Made by a program: the position numbers and the translations under genes. 64,000 bases of DNA, taken from contig CAVWGA010000001.1 of assembly GCA_963754415.1 (NCBI GenBank), positions 290,494 through 354,493 of the forward strand, given 5' to 3'. Each line of letters begins with the position of its first letter. Positions within the stretch are counted from its first letter, which is position 1. Below the pieces are notes generated by a model. That model saw nothing but the letters and a program-made list of their open reading frames with translations. It was not told where the DNA came from and did not search any database. This document shows positions 29,564 to 39,556 of the stretch, piece by piece. Source of the stretch: Vulcanimicrobiota bacterium (GTDB taxonomy: Bacteria; Vulcanimicrobiota; Vulcanimicrobiia; Vulcanimicrobiales; Vulcanimicrobiaceae).

Positions 29564-30264
29564 CCCTGCGCGGTCTTGGGCCGATCACCCGGCCCTCCCT
29601 GCTCTTGCTGGCAGGACTCCTGCTGTGTCGCTGCACGACTGGCCCTTCGGAGATGAACGAGTCCCGCTTCATTGCCCCTGAGCCGGCGGATGTCACCGCG
29701 CTCGAGGATCGAGCATTGAGCTGGCATGGTTCCTTTCCCGCCGCAGATATTGCCGGCTTACGCCTTCTCTACGATACCCCGGTTCCGGCCGCCTCAACGC
29801 TGGCGGTCGTCCGTGCGATCGTTCGCTCCAATCACCGGATCGACCGCTTCGACGCGCTCGTCCTCGCATCGCAAGCATCCCTCGATGCACGCAGACACAA
29901 TCTCGACTCCGCTTTCTTCTGTGCGACGTTACTGCAAGAGTCGGCGTTTTCGCCCGAGGCCGTCTCGGCGGCGGGAGCCGTCGGGATCGCCCAATTCACC
30001 ATCGACACTGCGGCCGCAGAAGGCGTCGATCCGTTCGATTGGCGCAGCGCCATGAGTGGTTCGGCGGCCCTGCTGGGCCGCTACGTCGACGCGTACGCCG
30101 GCACGTATCCCGACCCGTATGCAGCCGCTTTGGCGGCCTATAATGCCGGTCCCGGAGCGGTCGAGTATTACAAAGGCATCCCGCCCTACGCCGAAACGCG
30201 CGAGTACATTTACGATATCTACGATCGCTGGTCGCGCATCTTGCGCGATACCAAAGCCGCCTGA
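29539..30264 (+). CDS. Lytic transglycosylase (SLT domain), probable lipoprotein
   Basis: LLQESAFSP...GIAQF...AAYNAGPGAV are the catalytic Glu and SLT motifs. N-terminal LLLLAGLLLCRC signal. GTG 29539. Confidence 0.75.
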   Translation: MKRRTLTPTLRGLGPITRPSLLLLAGLLLCRCTTGPSEMNESRFIAPEPADVTALEDRALSWHGSFPAADIAGLRLLYDTPVPAASTLAVVRAIVRSNHRIDRFDALVLASQASLDARRHNLDSAFFCATLLQESAFSPEAVSAAGAVGIAQFTIDTAAAEGVDPFDWRSAMSGSAALLGRYVDAYAGTYPDPYAAALAAYNAGPGAVEYYKGIPPYAETREYIYDIYDRWSRILRDTKAA

Positions 30265-30303
30265 GCGCTGTTTCGGCCCCGCGCGCGCGGGAAACATGCC
30301 GCA

Positions 30304-31248
30304 ATGACGCCCGAGCAACGGATGCGCGCGGCGGGTGAGCGCTTGGTCGAAGCGATTGCACGCCAAGAATGGCTCAACGCCTGGGGCTATAAACTCGAGC
30401 ACGCCATGGCGGTGGCTTGGGATCTGCTCGGCGGCCGGCGCGATCGCGTCCGCGACGCGCTCCACGGCACGTGGCTGGGCCACCCGCTGCACCCCGTATT
30501 GACCGACGTGCCGCTCGGCGCGTGGACGCTCGCGTTCGTTTTTGATGTCACGGACCTGGGCCGGCCAGAACCGGAGCGGTTTGCAGAAGCGGCGCGCATG
30601 TGTCTTGGGGTCGGCGTCGCTGGGGGGATCGGCTCAGCGCTGACGGGTCTGACCGACTGGCAGTACGTCCATGACGATGCGCGCCGCGTCGGCCTCGTGC
30701 ATGGGATCCTCAATCTCGGCGGCATCGCTCTATCGGCGTGGTCTTGGCGCCGGCGAGCCGGCGGCCGCGATCGTACGGCACGGCTTAGCGCTGCGCTCGG
30801 CTACGGCATGGCGCTGTTCAGTTCGTTTCTAGGAGGCAACCTCGTCTACCGGGAGCGCATCGGCGTCGACCGCACGGAGCATCCGCTCGAACCGCGTGAT
30901 TTCGTGCCCGTGCTGTCGGAGAGCGAATTGGCGGATGAGCGGCCGCAGCGCGTGCGCGCCGGCGATGCCGACGTGATCCTCATTCGGAGTGCCGGACGTC
31001 TCTACGCCTACGGCGAGCATTGTCCGCATCTCGGCGGTTCGCTCGCCAATGGCTGGCTGTCCGGCGGCGACATCGTCTGCCCCTGGCACGGCGCGCGCTT
31101 CGACGTGACGACCGGCTCGACGCGCAAAGGCCCCGCCGTATCGCCGCTGACGTGCTTCGAAACTCGCGTCGAAGACGGCCGCATCGCGGTGCGGCTCGTC
31201 CCGCCAGAACACCTCACGCCTCCGCGCGAGACGGTCCGTCAGCGATGA
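30304..31248 (+). CDS. DUF2231 membrane domain fused to a Rieske [2Fe-2S] domain
   Basis: GHPLHPVLTDVPLGAW (DUF2231 signature) plus 4 TM segments. C-terminal CPHLGG...CPWHG Rieske ligands. Confidence 0.8.
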   Translation: MTPEQRMRAAGERLVEAIARQEWLNAWGYKLEHAMAVAWDLLGGRRDRVRDALHGTWLGHPLHPVLTDVPLGAWTLAFVFDVTDLGRPEPERFAEAARMCLGVGVAGGIGSALTGLTDWQYVHDDARRVGLVHGILNLGGIALSAWSWRRRAGGRDRTARLSAALGYGMALFSSFLGGNLVYRERIGVDRTEHPLEPRDFVPVLSESELADERPQRVRAGDADVILIRSAGRLYAYGEHCPHLGGSLANGWLSGGDIVCPWHGARFDVTTGSTRKGPAVSPLTCFETRVEDGRIAVRLVPPEHLTPPRETVRQR

Positions 31249-31724
31249 AAGGCGACGAGTTCCTCATTGCGCACCACGGCGTCTTGCGAGGGCTCCTCAG
31301 CCGCATCGCAGCGCTGCGGGGTACGGACGGCAGCCGACGCACCTTGCTCGACGAACTGGTCAACGAATTGACGATCCACACGAAGATTGAGGAACAGATC
31401 TTCTATCCTGCGGTGCGTAAAGCGAGCCGGCTCGTCGACGTCTCGTACTCCGAACACCGCCAGCTCGACGACCAGGTCGCCGTGGTCCTGCGCACGCCGC
31501 TGCACAGTCCGCGCTTCGACCAGGAATTTGCCGCGCTCAGAGCCGGCGTCGAAGAGCACGCGGGCGAAGAAGAGCGCATCTTGTTTCCCGACAGCAATGC
31601 GCTGGGCGACGCCGAGCTCGAACGGTTGGGTTCGCGCTTGGAGGAGCGGATGGAAGAGTTGCGACGATCTAAACTTGCCCGCATGTTGACGTTCCTCAAG
31701 CGCGAGACCCTGCGCCGCGTTTGA
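31245..31724 (+). CDS. Hemerythrin HHE cation-binding domain protein
   Basis: IAHHGVLRGLL...HTKIEEQIFYPA...EHRQLD...EHAGEEERILFP. The ATG 31245 overlaps the Rieske stop (ATGA). Confidence 0.75.
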   Translation: MKGDEFLIAHHGVLRGLLSRIAALRGTDGSRRTLLDELVNELTIHTKIEEQIFYPAVRKASRLVDVSYSEHRQLDDQVAVVLRTPLHSPRFDQEFAALRAGVEEHAGEEERILFPDSNALGDAELERLGSRLEERMEELRRSKLARMLTFLKRETLRRV

Positions 31725-31778
31725 AGGCGGCCAGCGCCAAGCCGTCAGTGGGGCCCGCTCTGCTGCTGACCCAGGAGG

Positions 31779-32798
31779 GTGCGAATGATCGTTTCTAAGC
31801 AACGTGAGATGACGCCGGCCGGCGAGCGATTTTCTTTGTACCGCGCTCCCGAACCGGTCAAGACGGCCGACTTCGCCGACGATGTGCGGGAGGGTTTAGC
31901 GGCGCCGCAAAAATCTTTGCCGCCCAAGTATTTTTACGACGAGCTCGGCTCGGCGCTTTTCGAAGCGATCACGTTGCTTCCCGAATACTACCTGACGCGA
32001 ACTGAATCGGAAATCCTCGAACGCTACGCAGCCGAGATGATCGCAGCGCTCGACGGACCGATCGAGATCGTCGAATTCGGCAGCGGCAGCGCGCGCAAGA
32101 GCCGGACGTTGATCGGCGCGGCGCTCGATGCGCAAGCCCGCGTGACATATCATCCGATCGACATCTCCCCGAGCGCCCTGATCGCGTCGGCGACTGCTCT
32201 CGTCGCCGAATTTGACCGGCTCGACGTCGCCGCGTACGCGAGCGACTACGTCGAAGTGCTCGCGTCGTCGCGTTTGAGTACATCGAAGCGCGTCCTGGCG
32301 TTGTTCTTGGGCTCGAACGTCGGGAATTACGAACCGGCCGCGGCCCGAGCACTGCTGCGCGCGATGTCGGCCGCATTCAAACCCGGCGACGGACTGCTCC
32401 TGGGAACCGATCTCAAGAAGGATGCTGCGACGTTAGAGTTGGCCTACAACGATCCGACCGGCGTGACGGCAGCGTTCGATAAGAACGTCCTCGGACGCAT
32501 CAACCGGGAACTCGGCGGTCATTTCGACCTCGACGCGTTCGCGCACGTTGCACGCTACGATGCGTTGCGCGGCCTCATCGAATCCCGTCTGATCGCTCAA
32601 CGCGGGATGACGGTCCCCATCGACGCTCTCGCTCTGAACGTGCGCCTGTTCACGGCAGAATCGATCCACACGGAGTCGTCGTACAAGTTCGACCAGGCCG
32701 ACGTCGCCCGGCTCGCCGCCGAGAGCGGCTTTGCCGTAGCGCGTCGCTGGACGGACGACGAGCAACGCTTCGCCGTCTCGCTGCTCGTCATCGAGTAG
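31779..32798 (+). CDS. egtD: L-histidine N-alpha-methyltransferase (hercynine synthase)
   Basis: LPPKYFYDELGSALFEAITLLPEYYLTRTESEIL, EFGSGSARK, FLGSNVGN, and ESSYKF are diagnostic of the EgtD layout. Confidence 0.85.
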   Translation: MRMIVSKQREMTPAGERFSLYRAPEPVKTADFADDVREGLAAPQKSLPPKYFYDELGSALFEAITLLPEYYLTRTESEILERYAAEMIAALDGPIEIVEFGSGSARKSRTLIGAALDAQARVTYHPIDISPSALIASATALVAEFDRLDVAAYASDYVEVLASSRLSTSKRVLALFLGSNVGNYEPAAARALLRAMSAAFKPGDGLLLGTDLKKDAATLELAYNDPTGVTAAFDKNVLGRINRELGGHFDLDAFAHVARYDALRGLIESRLIAQRGMTVPIDALALNVRLFTAESIHTESSYKFDQADVARLAAESGFAVARRWTDDEQRFAVSLLVIE

Positions 32799-32837
32799 GT
32801 CGCTTCGCGCGTGAACGCGAGCTCCGCAGTTGCGGTG

Positions 32838-33452
32838 CTACTCTACGCGCACGCGTCGCTCCGCTAGGCGCAGCACGGCGTCGGCGACGATCGCGAGAGC
32901 CGCGGCGACGATGCTGCCCGCAATCGTGCGGTCGGGAGCATCGTGCTGAAGGCCGTAAAGGATCAGAACGCCGAGCCCGCCCGCGTCGACCCATGCGCCG
33001 AGCGTCGCGAGCGCGATCAGCGCGACGACGGCGATGCGCACGCCCCCGAGGATAACCGGTAACGCTTGCGGGATTTCGATCCGCCAAAAGCGTTGCCACG
33101 GCGTCATGCCCAGACCCCGCGCCGCTTCGATCAGCGCGGGAGGAACGCCGCGCAGTCCAAGTGCGACGTTGCGCACCAAAAGCATCTGAGCGTACACGGC
33201 GAGCGCAACGATCGCCGTCGTGCTGCCGATCCCAAAAGCCGGCACCAGTACGGCGAACAGCGCCAGACTTGGGATCGTGTACGCGACGTTGAGGATCTGC
33301 AAGACCAGCCCTCCGAAACGCCGCGAGCGCGCGACGAAGACGCCGAGCGGAAGCGCGACGGCAGCGGCGAGCCCAAGCGACGTCGACACCAAGTAGAGGT
33401 GCTCGGCGAGATGACCGGCGACCGTACTCGCGTGCGTCATCAGGTAGTTCAT
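32838..33452 (-). CDS. Osmoprotectant/quaternary-amine ABC transporter permease (OpuC/OpuB-type)
   Basis: EAA-loop region LIEAARGLGMTPWQRFWRIEIPQALPVILGG. The ATG overlaps the ATPase stop (ATGA). Confidence 0.85.
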   Translation of the reverse strand: MNYLMTHASTVAGHLAEHLYLVSTSLGLAAAVALPLGVFVARSRRFGGLVLQILNVAYTIPSLALFAVLVPAFGIGSTTAIVALAVYAQMLLVRNVALGLRGVPPALIEAARGLGMTPWQRFWRIEIPQALPVILGGVRIAVVALIALATLGAWVDAGGLGVLILYGLQHDAPDRTIAGSIVAAALAIVADAVLRLAERRVRVE

Positions 33453-34492
33453 CGGGAATGCGCCGTGATCGCTGCGCGGACGTTTTCAAACGTCAGCGTG
33501 CCGAGGACGTTGCCGCCTTCGAGAACGGCAACGTGCGGTGCATCGCCCAACAGCCGGGACAGAACCTCGCGCAACGTCGCGTCGGCTTGGACCGCGGCTG
33601 CTGATGCCGGCATGGGATCGCCCGGCGGCAGCCGTGCGAACGCCGCGGCCCGGCCGACGACGTCCCGCAACGCCTCACCCAGACCGTGGCCCGCACCGCT
33701 GCCGAGCGCGTCGCGAGCGTGTAACAGTTGTAGCCGCCGCACGGCGTCGTGGGCATCGAGCAGTTGCTCGACGTAGGGCGTGGCCGGTTGGGCCAGGACG
33801 CGCAGCGGTGTGCCGATCTGCTCGATCTTCCCCGAGCGCATGACGACGATGCGGTCCGCTAGCCGCAACGCCTCATCGACGTCGTGCGTCACGAACACGA
33901 TCGTCGTGCCGAGTGCGCGGTGGATGCGGCGGATTTCGTTTTGCAAGGCCAGGCGTACGATCGCGTCGACGGCGCCGAACGGTTCGTCCATCAGCAGGAC
34001 GCGCGGCTCCGCCGCGAGCGCCCGCGCGACACCGACGCGCTGCTGCTCGCCGCCCGATAGTTGACGCGGATAGCGCGCGCGGTAGCGTGACGGATCGAGT
34101 TTCGTGAGGGCCAGCAGTTCGTCGACGCGCGCTGCAATGCGGGCCTTGTCCCAGCGCAGCAGAGCCGGCACGATGCCGATATTCTGCGCGATCGTCAGAT
34201 GCGGGAAGAGTCCGACGGCTTGGATGACGTAGCCGATGCCACGCCGGAGTTCTTCGGGAGAACCCGCGGCGACGTCGCGGCCGTCGACGTCGATCGTTCC
34301 CGCCGTAGGGACGACGAGTCGGTTGATCGTCCGCAGCAGCGTACTTTTGCCGCAGCCTGACGGTCCGAGCAGTACGATCAATTCGCCGCTCGCGACGTCA
34401 AGACACACGTCGTCGACGGCATTGCGGTCGCTGGCCGGATAACGGACGACGACGTTTCGCAACGTTACCGCCGCGCCGCGCACGGCGTTCAT
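33449..34492 (-). CDS. ABC transporter ATP-binding protein with C-terminal CBS-like region
   Basis: Walker A GPSGCGKST, signature LSGGEQQRV, Walker B LLMDEPFGAVD. About 100 extra C-terminal residues, as in OpuCA/OpuBA. Confidence 0.9.
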   Translation of the reverse strand: MNAVRGAAVTLRNVVVRYPASDRNAVDDVCLDVASGELIVLLGPSGCGKSTLLRTINRLVVPTAGTIDVDGRDVAAGSPEELRRGIGYVIQAVGLFPHLTIAQNIGIVPALLRWDKARIAARVDELLALTKLDPSRYRARYPRQLSGGEQQRVGVARALAAEPRVLLMDEPFGAVDAIVRLALQNEIRRIHRALGTTIVFVTHDVDEALRLADRIVVMRSGKIEQIGTPLRVLAQPATPYVEQLLDAHDAVRRLQLLHARDALGSGAGHGLGEALRDVVGRAAAFARLPPGDPMPASAAAVQADATLREVLSRLLGDAPHVAVLEGGNVLGTLTFENVRAAITAHSR

Positions 34493-35370
34493 ACGAGGCG
34501 ATGCGCGCGCAAGAACGCGCGCGCGGCGTCCGCCGGGTCCATCTTCTCGCGATCGACTTGGCCGTTGAGCCGGCGCATGACCTCGTCAGTCAAGAACGGT
34601 GCGATGCGATTCAAATTCGGTGCGAGCGCCGGCAGAGCGCGCAGCACATCGTCGCGTACGACCGGCGCAACTTGATACGAAGGCCAGAAATGTTTGTCGT
34701 CGATCAGCAGTATGAGACGGTCGTAGGCGATCTGCCCATCGGTCCCAAATGCGACCGCGACGTCGACTTGTCCGGATTCGAGCGCCGTGTACTTTAGGCC
34801 GATATCGAACAGTTTGACATCTTTGAAGCGGAAACCACCGTACGCCTTTTGCAATCCGGGTAAGCCGTCGGGCCGCGTCGTGAATTCCGGTATCGCGCCT
34901 AGGCGCAGTTGCGGTGCCGCTTGGGCGGTTTCCGACAACGTACGTATGCCGTAGCGGCGTGCGACCGCCACCGTCGTCGCCAACGCTTGCGTGTCATCGA
35001 AGGGCGCCGGCTCGAGCCAGGTCAACGCGTAGTGGCGCTGATATTCGCGCTTGACGGTGCGGTACAGCTCGGCGGCGTCGCGGATCGGCGCTTGGTGCAG
35101 CACGCTCAGCAGCGCAGTTCCCGTGTACTCCGGATAGAGGTCGAGATCGCCGCGCAGGAGCGCTTCCATCGCGACTTGCGTTCCCCCGAGATTGAATTTT
35201 CGCGTTACGGCAAACCCGCGCGCCTCGAGCGTCTGCGCGTAGAGTTCACCCAGCACGAGCTCTTCGGTAAAGTTTTTCGCGCCGATCGAAACGGAACGAC
35301 GACCGTGCTTGGCGCACGCGACCAACAGCGCTCCGGTGCCAAGGAGCGCGGCGAACCGGCTGCGGCGCAT
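34489..35370 (-). CDS. Quaternary-amine (glycine betaine/choline/carnitine-type) substrate-binding protein
   Basis: Start MRRSRFAALLGTGALLVACA (lipobox-like). IGAKNFTEELVLGELYAQ...DLYPEYTGTAL is typical of the OpuBC/OpuCC family. This is the C-terminal part of the fused ORF 34489-36702. Confidence 0.85.
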   Translation of the reverse strand: MRRSRFAALLGTGALLVACAKHGRRSVSIGAKNFTEELVLGELYAQTLEARGFAVTRKFNLGGTQVAMEALLRGDLDLYPEYTGTALLSVLHQAPIRDAAELYRTVKREYQRHYALTWLEPAPFDDTQALATTVAVARRYGIRTLSETAQAAPQLRLGAIPEFTTRPDGLPGLQKAYGGFRFKDVKLFDIGLKYTALESGQVDVAVAFGTDGQIAYDRLILLIDDKHFWPSYQVAPVVRDDVLRALPALAPNLNRIAPFLTDEVMRRLNGQVDREKMDPADAARAFLRAHRLV

Positions 35371-35994
35371 CAGCCGGCCTCCCTGCCCGTAGCGGCGCCG
35401 ACGGAGACAGCGATGCGCCGCTCGACGAGCGTCAAGATGCCTTGCACGATGAGGGCGAGGACCGCGACGGCAATGGCGCCTTCGAATAACTGACCGTAAT
35501 CGCCGCTTGCCAGGCCGTTGAGAATGTACTCGCCCAAGCCGCCGCCGCCGATGAAGGCCGCCAAGGTGGCGCTGGCGATCACTTCGACCGCCGCCGTCCG
35601 CACGCCGCCGAACACGACCGGCAGCGCAAGCGGCCAGGTGACCCGCAAACGCACCTGGCGCGGGCTCATGCCGAGTCCTCGGGCGGCATCGATCGAGGCC
35701 GCCGACACGCCGCGCAGCGCCACGTCGGTATTGATGACGATCGGCGGTATCGCTAGGAAGACGAGCGCAACGAGCGCCGGCCGGAAACCGATCCCTAAGA
35801 TATGGTTGCACGAGCGCCAACACCGCAAGGCTCGGGAGCACGCGCGCCACGTTGATGCCGGCGAGCGATACGTCGCGCAGAAGCGCGGTGCGGGCGATAA
35901 GACTGCCGAGCGGTATGCCGAGCGCAAGCGCGCCCGCGAGCGCTGCGCCCGACAGCATGAGGTGATCGCGGACGTGCAGCACGAGGTCGTTCAT
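35370..35994 (-). pseudogene. Second OpuC-type ABC permease, one frameshift near 35803
   Basis: ATG 35992-35994 opens MNDLVLHVRDHLMLSGAALAG...SLAVLALVQP. It continues in ORF 35370-35927 as ILGIGFRPALVAL...IDAARGLGMSPRQVRLRVTWPLALPV. Confidence 0.75.
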
Positions 35995-36042
35995 AGGCGC
36001 CGGCCGGTGGACTTCCGAGCCGCCTTGCCGAAGACCCCCGAG

Positions 36043-38184
36043 ATGATCGTGCAGTCCGAGCCGGGCGTTTCGGGGGAACGCGAAGCATCTTCGCTGCCCG
36101 CGGCATCGCCGCTCGACGATCCAGCGCTGTATTTCAGTCGCGAGCTTTCGTGGCTCGAATTCAACGACCGCGTTCTGGAAGAAGCGATCGACGAGCGCAA
36201 CCCGTTGCTCGAACGCCTCAAGTTCATGGCGATCTACGGCACGAACCTCGACGAATATTTCATGATCCGCGTCGCCGCGCTCAAGCAGCAGATCGCAGCC
36301 GAGGTCCACAAGCGCGCCAACGATGGCCGTTTGCCGGCCGAGCAACTCGCGGCCGTCTCGGAACGTCTGCGCGAATCGCTCGCCCGCTTTCGCGCGCTGC
36401 TCTGCAAGGAGATTCTGCCGGCGCTCGCGCGCGAAGGCATCGCCATTCGCCGCTATGAGGAGCTCGGCGCCGGCCAACGCAGTGCGCTCGAGCGCTTCTT
36501 CGAGGACCGGGTCTTCCCCGTACTGACTCCGCTCGCCGTCGACCAAGGCCATCCGTTTCCATACATCTCGAATCTTTCGTTGTCGCTTGGGGTCGAGATG
36601 TACGAACTGACCGACGACGGTCCGCGCATGCACTTCGCGCGGGTCAAGGTTCCACCCAGTTTGCCGCGTCTCGTGCCGCTCGAAGCCTTCGAGGGCGAAC
36701 ATCAGTACGTTACGTTAGAAGACGTGATCGCGCACAATCTGGGCGCCCTGTTCCCCGGCATGGACGTGCGCGCGTCGTATTGCTTCCGGGTCACGCGCGA
36801 CGCCGATCTCGATCTGCAGGAAGACGAAGCCGACGATCTGTTGCGCGCGATCGAATCGGAACTGCGCCGGCGCCGTTTCGGTGAACCGGTTCGGCTCGAA
36901 GTCGAAGCTTCGATGCCGGAGCACTTACGCGGCATGCTCCTCGAGGCGCTGAGCCTAACGGAGGTCGATCTGTATGAGATCGACGGTCTGCTCGGCTGGT
37001 CCGATCTGATGACGCTCGCCAATCTCGACCGCCCCGATCTGCACGACGCTCCGTTCACGCCCGCGATCCCCAAGCGGCTCGTCGGCGAAGGCGATATCTT
37101 CGCTGCGATTCGCGAAGGCGATCTGCTGCTGCATCATCCGTACGACTCGTTCGATCCGGTCGTCCAGTTCGTTGCTGCCGCCGCCAACGACCCGCGCGTG
37201 CTGGCGATCAAACAGACGTTGTATCGCACGTCCGGTAATTCGCCGATCGTCGGCTCGCTCGTGGACGCCGTCGAAAACGGCAAACAAGTCGCCGCGCTGA
37301 TCGAGCTCAAAGCGCGCTTCGACGAAGAAAACAACATTCAGTGGGCGCGTAACCTCGAGCGCGTCGGCGCCCATGTCGTGTACGGCTTTCCGGCCATGAA
37401 GGTGCACGCCAAAGTGATCCTCGTCGTCCGGGACGAGCCCGACGGCATCCGGCGCTACGTCCATTTCGGCACGGGAAATTACAATGACAAGACCGCGCGG
37501 ATATACACGGACCTCTCGCTGTTCACATGCCGGCCCGAACTCGGACGCGACGTCACGCAATCTGTTCAATCGGCTGACCGGGTTTTCGAAGTCGACCCGC
37601 TACGAAGAGTTGCTCGTCGCGCCGACGAGCTTACGCAGCGGCTTTCTCGATCTGATCGACCGCGAAACCGAGCACGCCTCGGCCGGCCGGCCCAGCGGCA
37701 TCGTCGCCAAGCTCAATGCGATCAGCGACGCAGGCATCGTACGCGCGCTCTACCGCGCATCGCAAGCCGGCGTTCCGATCGATCTGCTTGGTGCGCGGCA
37801 TGTGCGAGTTGCGGCCCGGCATTGCCGGAGTCAGCGAGACGATCCGCGTCCGCAGCATCGTCGGGCGCTTCCTCGAACACTCACGCATCTTTTGCTTCGA
37901 GAACGGCGGCGACCGCGACATCTACATCGGCAGCGCCGATTGGATGGGCCGTAACCTCGACCGCCGCGTCGAAACGATCGTTCCCGTACTGGACCCGATG
38001 CTGCGCGACGACATCGTGCGTAACATCCTCGACGGTCTACGCCCAAGACGATTGCAAGACGCGCTGGCTGCGCAGCGACGGAACCTACGTCCGGCGTCGC
38101 CCCGAGCACGGCGAACCCGCGCACTGCGCGCAGAAGATGCTGCTCGAAGCCGCGCAAGCGCTGTCTACGCAGAAAGTGGCGTAG
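36043..38184 (+). pseudogene. ppk: Polyphosphate kinase 1, three frameshifts in the C-terminal third
   Basis: YFSRELSWLEFNDRVLEEA...LKFMAIYGTNLDEYFMIRV...MKVHAKVILV...HFGTGNYN. Continues NLFNRLTGFS..LLVAP after ~37557, [11 protein letters not shown]...EHSRIFCF after ~37790, and a C-terminal tail after ~38040. Confidence 0.9.
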
Positions 38185-38639
38185 GCTAACGCGCTGCCTG
38201 GGCGGCGGCGACTCGGATCACGGTTTGCTGCATCAGCGCGCAGGCGGTGCGCTCGTTCTCGCGTTTCGACGAATACGTCGATCGCGCACACGGTCAACGT
38301 GCGGCCGCTGCGTACGACCCGCGCGTCGGCGATCAAGCGCTGGCCGCGTGCCGGTGCCAGCAGGTTGACCTTGAACTCGACGGATAGAACATCGCTGTCG
38401 GCGTCGAAGAGCGTTGCAGCGGCGCAGCCGCCGGCGGCATCGGCGAGCGTGCTGGTGACGCCGGCATGAAAGTATCCGTTCTGCTGGCTGAGTTCCGTGC
38501 GGAACGGTAGGCTTAGCACGCACCGTCCAGGTTCGAGTTCCTCGATGCGCGCGTCGAGGTATGCGAGCGCGCCGGCTCGTTCGAACCCGCGTTCGACGCG
38601 CGTTCGCCAACCCGGATCTTTGGGCGCGAAGGAAGTCAC
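38085..38639 (-). CDS. PaaI-family hotdog thioesterase (probable frameshift in the tail)
   Basis: [22 protein letters not shown]...[14 protein letters not shown]...[10 protein letters not shown] are typical of PaaI/YbgC-like thioesterases. GTG 38637-38639. After ~38265 the open frame turns Arg/Ala-rich. An alternative frame gives [16 protein letters not shown] with a stop at 38186-38188. Confidence 0.6.
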   Translation of the reverse strand: MTSFAPKDPGWRTRVERGFERAGALAYLDARIEELEPGRCVLSLPFRTELSQQNGYFHAGVTSTLADAAGGCAAATLFDADSDVLSVEFKVNLLAPARGQRLIADARVVRSGRTLTVCAIDVFVETRERAHRLRADAANRDPSRRRPGSALAYATFCVDSACAASSSIFCAQCAGSPCSGRRRT

Positions 38640-38701
38640 CGTTGCAACGCTGCGCGGAACTCTGCCGATGCGATGAGAGGCGCGGCGCACCCGTCGTGCA
38701 G

Positions 38702-39197
38702 TCAACCGGCATCCGAGGGCGACGCCGGCTGCGCGGCGATCTGCAGCACGATGGCCCATTCGCGCGGATGCACTGGCTGCACCGAGAGCCGAGAGCCCCG
38801 GCGCAGCAGTACCATCGTCGGCGCTAGGCTGCGCGATTAGCGCGCAATTCTGCCAGCGGAACGAAGCGTCGCCAAGCGCCGTTCGAACGCGACGTCGACC
38901 ATCTCCCAGATCGGCTTTGCTTCGGTCGCACGCCCGTCGTAGTACGGGCTGTCGCGGATCACGCGCGGTGAAATCGGGATACGCCTCGCGAACGACTCGT
39001 ACGATGCCGGCAATTCCCGGCACCTTCGTGCTGCTGTGATAGAAGAAGCCGAGGTCCCCCACGCGCATCGCTTTCATGTGGTTGCGCGCTTGGAAATTTC
39101 GGACGCCGCTCCATTCGGTGCGGCCTTCGCGTTCGAGCCGATCGAAGCCGTACGAATCCGGTTCGCTCTTGAAGAGCCAGTATTGGGAAGCGCTCAG
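38702..39197 (-). pseudogene. EVE (PUA-like) domain protein, at least 2 frameshifts and no canonical start
   Basis: QYWLFKSEPDSYGFDRLEREGRTEWSGVRNFQARNHMKAMRVGDLGFFYHSS...AGIVRVVREAYPD. Then DSPYYDGRATEAKPIWEMVDVAFERR and MVLLRRGSRLSVQPVHPREW appear in other frames. The only start-like codon is CTG 39195-39197, overlapping the grx stop. Confidence 0.65.
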
Positions 39198-39553
39198 CGG
39201 AGGTTGATGACGGGCGCCGGTTCGGGCTGCTCCGGGAACGTCTGCGCGAGCAACGTGCGCAATTCACCGTTCTCCGCCATCGGGCCTAGGATGTCGGTGT
39301 CGCCGTAGAATTTGCCGCCGATGAACACCTTCGGTAACGTCGGCCAGTTCGTCATGTCCGCAAGCGCTTCACGCTTGGGCATATTGTCCAGCACGTCGAT
39401 CACCTGGAACGGGTAGCCCATCCGGCCAAAAAATTGAATCGTCTCCAAGGTGAAGCCGCAGCGCGGCATGTCTTTGGTCCCTTTGCCGTAGACGAGAATC
39501 TTGTTGTCGGCGACCTCGCGGTCGATCTCTTGGCGGATTGCGTCGGATGACAT
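39194..39553 (-). CDS. grxD: Monothiol glutaredoxin (Grx4/GrxD family)
   Basis: ILVYGKGTKDMPRCGFT (CGFS-type site, here CGFT)...WPTLPKVFIGGKFYGDTDI. Confidence 0.85.
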   Translation of the reverse strand: MSSDAIRQEIDREVADNKILVYGKGTKDMPRCGFTLETIQFFGRMGYPFQVIDVLDNMPKREALADMTNWPTLPKVFIGGKFYGDTDILGPMAENGELRTLLAQTFPEQPEPAPVINLR

Positions 39554-39556
39554 CGC

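Noticed and set aside
31020-31244. Upstream extension of the hemerythrin ORF (track ORF 31020-31724)
   Set aside because: The extension lies inside the Rieske domain coding region in another frame and is Arg-rich. ATG 31245, with its ATGA overlap, is the sensible start.
35518-36042. N-terminal 175 codons of the 888-aa ppk ORF
   Set aside because: They are antisense to the ABC permease and not PPK-like. PPK1 homology begins just after ATG 36043.
34489-36702. 737-aa ORF reported as a single protein
   Set aside because: Only the last 293 codons (substrate-binding protein) and residues 237-300 (permease N-terminus) are protein-like. The first 236 codons are antisense to ppk1. I split it into separate genes.
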